From positions 1 through 42,129 of the forward strand of contig JAUWND010000002.1 in assembly GCA_030612835.1 (NCBI GenBank): DNA of 42,129 nt, read 5' to 3'. Origin of the DNA: Candidatus Methanophagales archaeon (lineage in GTDB: Archaea; Halobacteriota; Syntropharchaeia; Alkanophagales; Methanospirareceae). Under the pieces are notes generated by a model that did no database searches, was not told the DNA's origin, and worked only from the letters and a program-made list of their open reading frames with translations. The position numbers and the translations under genes were made by a program. Shown in pieces: positions 36,020 through 42,129 of the stretch (positions within the stretch are counted from its first letter, which is position 1; each line of letters begins with the position of its first letter).

Positions 36020-36994
36020 ATGTTTGTATTTGATAGGAAGCAGGATATATATGAAATAGGGAAGGTGAAGGTAGGGGGGCAGCCGGGAGAGTGCGCAACT
36101 GTTCTTTGTGGTACGATATTCTACGCGAAGCATTACCTCGTCGAGGATGCAGAAAAGGGTATATTCGACAAGAAAGCTGCGGAAGACGTGCTAAATAAGC
36201 AGGATGAGTTTTCTGACTTAACAGGGAATCCATGCATGATGCAGATATTCTCTGAATCGCCCGAAGCGATGGAGAAAGAGATCGCGTTCTGTACAGAGGT
36301 AAGTGACACGGCTTTCTTGATTGACTCGACAGTGGCGGATGCGAAGATAGCAGGGCTCAAGTACGTTGATGAAGTGGGTCTAACAAATAAAGCGGTGTAT
36401 AACTCTATAAACATATCGTGCGCACCCGAGGAGCTGGAAGCAATCAAAGATTCCAGCATAGAAGCAGCGATTGTCCTGGCGTTTAATCCAAAAGATTCAA
36501 CGGTAGCCGGGAAGATTGATCTGTTAGAGACAGGAGCAGGCACCTTTGATAAAGGTTTGGTGCAACTTGCACGGGACCTTGGTGTAACGAAACAGATGTG
36601 TGATCCGGCTACTCTGCCAATAGGCGCAGGGGTTGGGTCGGCCGTTGCATCTGGATTCGTCGTCAAGTCGAAATTCGGTATTGCAGTGGGATTGGGTATC
36701 CACAATGCACCTTCTGCATGGACATGGCTGAAGACGTTCAGGAAGGAGCATGCGACCAAAGGAGCCGGTGGCTGGGAAGGACTTGGTGCAGATGTGTTCC
36801 ATATCTGTGACATAGCCTCAAATATCATCCCGGTAATAGCGGGTATGGATTTCGTGGTTTACGGACCTATCGATAATGCACCGACGGTGTTCCCGCTGGT
36901 TGGCATGGCGGATATGATCGTTTCAGAGGCGAACAAGGCAGAACACGAAATCGAGGCGCTGGAACCACATCCAATCACAACAATGGGCGCATAG
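36020..36994 (+). CDS. mtrH: Tetrahydromethanopterin S-methyltransferase subunit H
   Basis: MFVFDRKQDIYEIGKVKVGGQPGE N-terminus; 324 aa. Confidence 0.92.
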   Translation: MFVFDRKQDIYEIGKVKVGGQPGECATVLCGTIFYAKHYLVEDAEKGIFDKKAAEDVLNKQDEFSDLTGNPCMMQIFSESPEAMEKEIAFCTEVSDTAFLIDSTVADAKIAGLKYVDEVGLTNKAVYNSINISCAPEELEAIKDSSIEAAIVLAFNPKDSTVAGKIDLLETGAGTFDKGLVQLARDLGVTKQMCDPATLPIGAGVGSAVASGFVVKSKFGIAVGLGIHNAPSAWTWLKTFRKEHATKGAGGWEGLGADVFHICDIASNIIPVIAGMDFVVYGPIDNAPTVFPLVGMADMIVSEANKAEHEIEALEPHPITTMGA

Positions 36995-37032
36995 GGGTAT
37001 TTTTTCCCCTTTTTTTATTTTTTTTATTTTTG
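36993..37032 (+). terminator. Putative mtr operon terminator (short hairpin plus long oligo-T tract)
   Basis: The stem agggg-tatttttt-cccct is followed by ttttttattttttttatttttgt immediately after the mtrH stop. Confidence 0.5.
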
Positions 37033-37035
37033 TTC

Positions 37036-37146
37036 AGCTCCTTTTTATAACCACGAGATTACACAGATTTTCACGAGAAAAAGAATATTATTGACATAGT
37101 TTTAGTACGTCCGTAGTCTCTGCGTTCTCTGCGCGCTCTGCGGTAA
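37036..37146. repeat. MITE-like palindromic intergenic element, copy D (inverted relative to copy C)
   Basis: agctcctttttataaccacgagattacacagattttcacgagaaaaagaata matches the reverse complement of 5218-5269. A degenerate partner arm, tctctgcgttctctgcgcgctctgcgg, lies at about 37118-37144. Confidence 0.8.
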
Positions 37147-37245
37147 AATTAGGGGGTATAGTGATTTCACTGAAAAATTCGACAGTGCCTTCAAAGTTTA
37201 AATATTTATGCGCTATTGTAGTCATTCATTACTAGGTGAGTATAT

Positions 37246-38076
37246 TTGTTAGAGCGATTGGACTCAGGCTTATATGAAACTGGCAGCTTTGAGATAAAGG
37301 CGGAGCCGCTTTATTTACCGCAAGGGCGCGAAGTTGCGCTATTTGAAGCAGCGTATAAGAATAAACTTCCTATTATGTTGACGGGGCCAACGGGGAGTGG
37401 TAAAACGAGATTAGTTGAGCATATGGCCTGGAAGTTAGGTCGCCCGCTCTATACTGTTGCCTGTCATGACGATTTAAGTGGCAATGACTTGATCGGTCGG
37501 TATATAATAAAAGGCGACATTGTAGAGTGGATTGATGGGCCGCTTCTTATGGCGGTAAAGAATGGCGGAATCGTTTATCTTGATGAAATAGTAGAAGCGA
37601 GAAAAGATACTACTGTTGTTATTCATCCATTAACGGATCATAGAAGGTATATGCTAGTAGAGAAATTAGGTAAGATATTCTATGCGCCTGACGACTTCAT
37701 GCTGGTAATGAGTTATACTCCCGGTTATCAGAGTGTGCTAAAGGAATTGAAACAGAGCCCAAGACAGCGTTTTGTCAGTATCGCACTTGGCTGGCCAGGC
37801 GAAGACTTAGAGACAGAAATTGTGCAGCAAGAGACGGGTGTTGATGCGGATACGGCCGAAAAGCTGGTAAAAGCGGCGAATAAAATACGTAATCTTATTC
37901 ATCAGGGACTAGAAGAAGGTGTTTCGACAAGGGAACTTGTATATGCAGCTACATTGCTAAACAGTGGTGTGCCAACGCGAGATGCGCTATATTCTACTAT
38001 GACTGAGCCCTTAACGCACGATAGTGACCTCAAGAGGAGCATAGAAGAGATCCTTAAGAATTATTTTGAGGTGTGA
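37246..38076 (+). CDS. AAA+ ATPase of the CbbQ/NirQ/NorQ/GvpN (AAA_5, MoxR-like) family
   Basis: Walker A LTGPTGSGKT, Walker B VYLDEI, CbbQ-like C-terminal domain. TTG start. Confidence 0.8.
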   Translation: MLERLDSGLYETGSFEIKAEPLYLPQGREVALFEAAYKNKLPIMLTGPTGSGKTRLVEHMAWKLGRPLYTVACHDDLSGNDLIGRYIIKGDIVEWIDGPLLMAVKNGGIVYLDEIVEARKDTTVVIHPLTDHRRYMLVEKLGKIFYAPDDFMLVMSYTPGYQSVLKELKQSPRQRFVSIALGWPGEDLETEIVQQETGVDADTAEKLVKAANKIRNLIHQGLEEGVSTRELVYAATLLNSGVPTRDALYSTMTEPLTHDSDLKRSIEEILKNYFEV

Positions 38077-38088
38077 CTTGTATTTATT

Positions 38089-38409
38089 ATGAAAATCCTA
38101 CTCTTTGTCTCTTCTCAGTGTCCGCATTGTCCGGCAGCCGAAGCGATAGTGAACAGAGTGGTGTCAGATTATTCGGGGCATGGATTGTCATTAAACAAGA
38201 TACGAATGAAAACAAAAGAAGGGAAGAAACGTTCTTCTATGTATCATGTTAGGGCAATACCAACCACATTGATACTTGATGATAATGGGCATGAACTCAA
38301 GAGAATGGTTGGTGTCATGCGCGAAGATACTTTAAGAGCGTCCATAGAAAAACTGCTTGGGTTGAGAGAATCAGTTATAAGCCGAATCTTTGGCCGGAAA
38401 AAATATTGA
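38089..38409 (+). CDS. Thioredoxin-fold protein (CPHC active site)
   Basis: SSQCPHCPAAE and cis-Pro motif RAIPT. 106 aa, 12 nt after the ATPase gene. Confidence 0.75.
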   Translation: MKILLFVSSQCPHCPAAEAIVNRVVSDYSGHGLSLNKIRMKTKEGKKRSSMYHVRAIPTTLILDDNGHELKRMVGVMREDTLRASIEKLLGLRESVISRIFGRKKY

Positions 38410-38446
38410 TATACAAAAAGAGGAGATGGATATACCGGGAAATAGC

Positions 38447-39062
38447 ATGACAAAATACCAAGAATGGTCAACCGAAGAATTGATTGAAGAAGCTATATAT
38501 AGGGAGTTGGGAGGGCCCGGTGATGCATGGTCGCCGATTCATGCGTTACATTTACTGGGGTGCATCAAAACACCAGAAGCTCTTCACTTACTTATCGGTG
38601 TATTACGAAATCGAGGAAAAGAACTCGGTGATTGGCTAACTTGCGCAATTTAAAGATCGAGAGGCATTTAAAGAAATTGAGCAGGCATTTGCGAATGAGC
38701 GGATAAAGGAATTTATCATCAATTTTGAGGATGTCAAGCGTATATACCAGACACCTGACGAAGATATGCCTTACCATTATCATCATGAGAAAGATCCGAT
38801 GGATCATTTCTCGCAGAAGAACATTGACTATCTCTATAAAATGCATTATGAGACTGAGAAAAAAGAAGGGCCGGTCAAATTTGAAAAACCATTAGAAACA
38901 TTGGAAACCATCCAAAAAGTATATGACGAAGATACGAAGAGTAGTTCGAAATTCACGAAAGGTAAAAGGAAGAATAAAAAGATTGGCCGAAATGACCCGT
39001 GCCCCTGTGGCTCGGGAAAGAAATATAAGAAATGTTGTTTAAGAATCGAGGATACAGATTGA
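38447..39062 (+). pseudogene. Probable disrupted SEC-C-motif (DUF1186-like) gene: two frames joined by a frameshift near 38637-38653
   Basis: Frame A runs to GDWLTCAI-stop at 38653. A second frame is open from 38640 ([17 protein letters not shown]...) and ends in [18 protein letters not shown], the SEC-C metal-binding motif. Confidence 0.45.
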
Positions 39063-39181
39063 AAGAGCATAAAAAGAAAAACGATGGAATTCTTTTATTT
39101 GCGAGACGCTATACACCATTGCAAAAAAGATACGCGAGGTATTTATATACTCGCATCTATCTGAAAGTCAGGAGGAGAAAA

Positions 39182-39247
39182 ATGAGTGAGAAGTTACAGT
39201 TAAAGGGTGGTATAAGCGAACTTGAGTTCGGATATACTACGTTATAG
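39182..39247 (+). CDS. Candidate 21-aa peptide MSEKLQLKGGISELEFGYTTL (Gly-Gly motif)
   Basis: AGGAGG lies 6 nt upstream of the ATG. GG is at residues 9-10. About 200 nt upstream of a C39-like peptidase gene. Very short, so it could be spurious. Confidence 0.3.
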   Translation: MSEKLQLKGGISELEFGYTTL

Positions 39248-39452
39248 CAATCATGGGGGAAGAGCGTTTGGTGGCAAGAAAAAACTATATGCAGAATCAC
39301 TACATTCAAATCATTCAATGAACGATAGGTTTATCAACTCGAAACCTTTACCTTACACTATCAGTATAATAAGGCTGAGAAAATGAATCGCAAAACAATT
39401 ACTCTTCATTCCAAAAAGAAGAGACAAATGAAAATATGGGCGGTGTGATAAA

Positions 39453-40022
39453 TTGAGAAGAAAAATATTAACAGAGGATAATAGGGTAATCCAAGTTCTT
39501 CGAGTTCCATATTATTATCAATCTAACCAAGATTGGTTATGTTTTGTTTTTTCTCTTAAAATGTGTTTGGAATATTTCAAGAATATCTTTGATAATGAAT
39601 TAGTTAAACATAATACACCAAATCTAAGTATTGATGATTTAAAGAAATTAACTCATTCCGGTGAATTTACTGGGACACGAGTAGATAAATCTCTTATGAA
39701 TGAACTATCAAGGGAGATTCCGTCCTTAAAATTCTCTTTAAATGAGTATGGTTCGATTAATACTCTCACGGAAAATTATAATAAGAATATTCCTACAATT
39801 GTTTTATATAATTGTTCATATATGCTTAATGAAGAGTTGGGTCCCAGTCATGCTGGAGTAGTTATTGGTGTAATTGAAGATAATGATATAATAATTAACA
39901 ATCCTTGGCTTGGACCTGAAAAATTAATAAAATGGAAAGATTTCCAAAAAGGTTGGGAACCTGAGTATAATAGATTAATAACAATAAATCCAGAAACTCA
40001 AATGAAGTTGGAGGTGGATTAA
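39453..40022 (+). CDS. Papain-fold cysteine peptidase, C39-like (Peptidase_C39_2 type), stand-alone
   Basis: VPYYYQSNQDWLCFVFSLKMCLEYF (Gln plus Cys30), GPSHAGVVIGV (His133), IIINNPW (Asn/Asp). TTG start. AT-rich. Confidence 0.6.
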   Translation: MRRKILTEDNRVIQVLRVPYYYQSNQDWLCFVFSLKMCLEYFKNIFDNELVKHNTPNLSIDDLKKLTHSGEFTGTRVDKSLMNELSREIPSLKFSLNEYGSINTLTENYNKNIPTIVLYNCSYMLNEELGPSHAGVVIGVIEDNDIIINNPWLGPEKLIKWKDFQKGWEPEYNRLITINPETQMKLEVD

Positions 40023-40023
40023 T

Positions 40024-40992
40024 ATGCAAAGATTATTGTGTGATATACCTGTTAGCGAAAAAGATGCTAAAAAATTTGCTTATGACATAATTAGAGAGGA
40101 GTTAGGTAGTATCCAATATCCAGATAAACCTAAATTAAAAGAGGGTGTTTGGATAGTGCCTATAACAGCAAGATATCCACGTGTTCTATCGGATGAAATA
40201 CGAGAAGTCCCTGAAAAAGTAAGGTTTATGAATTTTGAAAATGTAGGTGAAATAAGAATAGATGCAAATAAAGGTGAATTATTATCCAGATCAGGATATT
40301 ACGAAGTAAGTAATGCTATTAAAGAGAATTTAGAGAAGGTGAGAACTATTGTAGAAATGGCACTAGTTAAAGTAGGAGCTAATAGATTTGCACAATTACC
40401 TTTCCCAGAACATATACATACACCAATTGTTGATATTTTATCATGGATATTAATCAATGACAACCTAGATATGTCTCAGGACTTATCTTTAATTGGAGTA
40501 GATAATCGGGATAAATATTTACAAAATATTAACCTTTTAGAATCTGTTGGGTTATTAAGAAAAAGTGGAAATTTAATTATTCCAGATAATAATTTGGTTG
40601 AAATTGAAACTAAATACAAAAATCTTACTGAGAAAATATCAAACTCAATAGCATTCTTTTTTGAAAAAGGGTACACTCAGATTGAGAGTATTAAACAAGT
40701 ATTAGGTCCACATTTGACTATAACAGCTTTTTGCTATGAAAAGGCATTAGAATATGGAGATTTGCTGTCTATTAATTATGAAACTATTGATAGAATGATA
40801 TTAGGAATATATAGACAAGAAGTAAAGAGAATTAAATTGCCAAGATATCTAATTCAACTTGAATCAATTGGTTTATTAGAAGAAACAACTATATCCGGTA
40901 AAGTTCTATGGCGTGGCAAAGAAGAGATTTTTAGACGAATACAAGGTGAAGAAGAAATTTTACAACCAATTAGGAATTTTCTAGCATTATAG
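40024..40992 (+). CDS. Uncharacterised protein: PepSY-like N-terminus plus two wHTH-like segments
   Basis: VSEKDAKKFAYDII...EGVWIVPI...GEIRIDANKGELLS resembles PepSY. YLQNINLLESVGLLRKSGN and RYLIQLESIGLLEETTISGK resemble wHTH recognition helix plus wing. The start is 1 nt after the peptidase stop. Confidence 0.5.
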   Translation: MQRLLCDIPVSEKDAKKFAYDIIREELGSIQYPDKPKLKEGVWIVPITARYPRVLSDEIREVPEKVRFMNFENVGEIRIDANKGELLSRSGYYEVSNAIKENLEKVRTIVEMALVKVGANRFAQLPFPEHIHTPIVDILSWILINDNLDMSQDLSLIGVDNRDKYLQNINLLESVGLLRKSGNLIIPDNNLVEIETKYKNLTEKISNSIAFFFEKGYTQIESIKQVLGPHLTITAFCYEKALEYGDLLSINYETIDRMILGIYRQEVKRIKLPRYLIQLESIGLLEETTISGKVLWRGKEEIFRRIQGEEEILQPIRNFLAL

Positions 40993-41333
40993 GGTTTTTA
41001 GAAGAGAATGATTGAATTTTAGATTTCGCCACCAAACGATGTTTTTCAAGAAGCCTTTCTTCTTCCATGACTCTTCGTCTCTTTGCTCCTCGTCCATATC
41101 GGGACCGTATAACATGGTATATCTGGCTCATTTTATTCGCCTAAATTTTGCCTTCGGCAAAAATTTCGCGTAAACTTCTTTTTCAAATCCACAAAAATCT
41201 TTAGCGAAATCTTAGCCGGTCTAAAATTGGTGATGGAAATATTTAATAAATCTATATTTATTTAAATATCAAAATTTAATTATATTAGTAAAAAAGTTTA
41301 TAGGTGACGGACCTAAAAATAAGGATGTAAAAA

Positions 41334-41930
41334 ATGACAAACTATCAAAAAACCGCGTTGGTAACAGGCATGTCAAGAGGTATAGGCAAAGCTATTTGTG
41401 AGAAATTAGTTCGCGAAGGGTATTTCGTCTACGGTACATACAACACAGGTAAACAAGAAGCGGAAAAAATAAAAGAGAACCTCAAATCTGTTGAGATTTT
41501 TCAGGTGGATTTTAAAAATAGAGAACAAACATTGGCCATATTAGATAAATTGAAGGAATTTCAATTTGATGCAATTATTAACAATGCAGGAATGTTTGAA
41601 GGGGAGAATTTTAAGAAATTTGACTTTCAAATTTGGTATGATACTATTGAGGTTAATTTAAATGCGCCTTTATTGATATCCATTAAGTTACAAAATAATA
41701 TTAATGAATATGGTTCTATTGTTAATGTAGCTAGTTCTGATGGATTTCAAGGTTCGTTTGCTAGTATGTCTTATTCTGCTAGCAAGGCAGCTCTAATAAA
41801 TTTAACAAAAAGTCTAGCTAATAATTTTGGAAGTAAAAATATTAGAGTCAATGCAGTTGCTCCAGGATGGATTAATACAGGAATGGCGACTGAATCCTCA
41901 CATGAAGCTACCAAATCCACCTTTATGTAG
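41334..41930 (+). pseudogene. Short-chain dehydrogenase/reductase (FabG-like), apparently 3'-truncated
   Basis: TGMSRGIGKA (TGxxxGIG), NNAG, YSASKAAL (YxxxK), NAVAPGWINTGM. It stops at 198 aa, whereas classical SDRs are about 240-250 aa. The end coincides with an abrupt rise in G+C at about 41940. Confidence 0.6.
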
Positions 41931-42129
41931 AAATGATATGCCTGAAGAGGTGGCAGATCTTACGGCGGTTAAGTTCCTGGAAGAGCGGGAGTGCCTCGGC
42001 CTCCCGATCAACAACGAGTATCAAAGGAGGGGAGATGTCAAGGACCCGCTTCATGCGCTCGATGAGTTCTATGAGTATGTCGGCGAACTCGGTGGTAGAA
42101 GGTACGAGTTTGAACAGAATGAAGTTCCC
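41923..42129 (-). CDS. Partial ORF running off the window end (C-terminal 68 codons); possibly a DDE-transposase-like fragment
   Basis: Hand translation gives ...FILFKLVPSTTEFADILIELIERMKRVLDISPPLILVVDREAEALPLFQELNRRKICHLFRHIIST-stop. LVVDRE...LFQEL...HLFR loosely resembles the DrGY...l...g...viR block of IS4/IS5 transposases. Higher G+C than the adjacent island. Confidence 0.25.
   Translation of the reverse strand, partial: GNFILFKLVPSTTEFADILIELIERMKRVLDISPPLILVVDREAEALPLFQELNRRKICHLFRHIIST

Noticed and set aside
36133-36828. 231-aa minus-strand ORF (and the nested 92-aa ORF) antisense to mtrH
   Set aside because: It lies entirely inside a confidently identified gene. The Ala/Ser/Pro-rich composition is typical of a shadow frame, and there are no motifs. 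The same reasoning applies to the other antisense or nested ORFs in the track (for example 1472-1969, 7181-7549, 9867-10253, 25049-25450, 32706-33161, 33740-34021, 35826-36233).
39032-39247. 71-aa ORF overlapping the end of the SEC-C gene
   Set aside because: It is highly basic and low-complexity, overlaps the SEC-C coding end and has no RBS. Only its last 21 codons, which have their own strong SD, were kept as a low-confidence mini-ORF.
41014-41111. Minus-strand small ORF MSQIYHVIRSRYGRGAKRRRVMEEERLLEKHRLVAK... as a transposase N-terminus
   Set aside because: It is under 60 codons and matches no IS family I can name. It is used only as a descriptor of the inverted segment in the findings.
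41929-41975. SDR-like PEEVADL...FL motif in the +1 frame just after the SDR stop, suggesting a simple frameshift
   Set aside because: The codons here are G+C-rich, unlike the rest of the AT-rich SDR gene, and the stretch is also read by the minus-strand partial ORF. The resemblance may be coincidental, so I report truncation rather than a defined frameshift.
1-42129. tRNA, rRNA or other classical structured RNA genes in intergenic regions
   Set aside because: I scanned the larger gaps (1-377, 2668-2969, 14165-14570, 18368-18585, 19276-19481, 24170-24476, 39063-39452, 40993-41333) by eye. I found no T-loop-like GTTCGAATC/GGTTCRANYC with a matching acceptor stem and no rRNA-like stretch. This is not a substitute for tRNAscan or Infernal.

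Overview
Archaeal chromosomal segment, most likely from a methanogen or ANME-type methanotroph (Methanosarcinales-like). This rests on a complete mtrEDCBAFGH operon, methanogenesis-marker-like genes, archaeal r-proteins L19e/L18/S5/L30, a PcrB-type GGGP synthase, a PGF-CTERM surface protein and GGAGG-type ribosome-binding sites. Most of the window is housekeeping: XPD helicase, SecF, PurL, PyrE/PyrF, QueC, and a TroA/Znu-type metal ABC importer with a divergent NikR. No rRNA, tRNA, CRISPR array or intact transposase was recognised by eye.

Two visibly AT-rich accessory cassettes stand out:
- (1) 19.9-22.8 kb: a 561-aa protein with HD-phosphohydrolase-like motifs and a 424-aa protein with a degenerate PRTase-like N-terminus and a C-terminal CxxC...CxxC cluster. 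The pair sits directly downstream of pyrF-pyrE, with the first start codon inside the pyrE 3' end. It lies next to a small wHTH gene with upstream iterons, and next to queC. This is my best candidate for an undescribed nucleotide-targeting system (defence, or nucleoside-metabolite synthesis).
- (2) 39.2-41.9 kb: a C39-like papain-fold cysteine peptidase translationally coupled to a protein with a PepSY-like N-terminus and two wHTH-like segments. It is preceded by a 21-codon ORF with a strong SD and a Gly-Gly motif, and followed by a 3'-truncated SDR gene at a sharp compositional boundary.

Two short intergenic repeat families are also present: a MITE-like palindromic element built from 10-bp units, and a ~25-nt motif with a TTCCAnTGGAA core. 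All functional calls come from motif recognition by eye; no database search was run.
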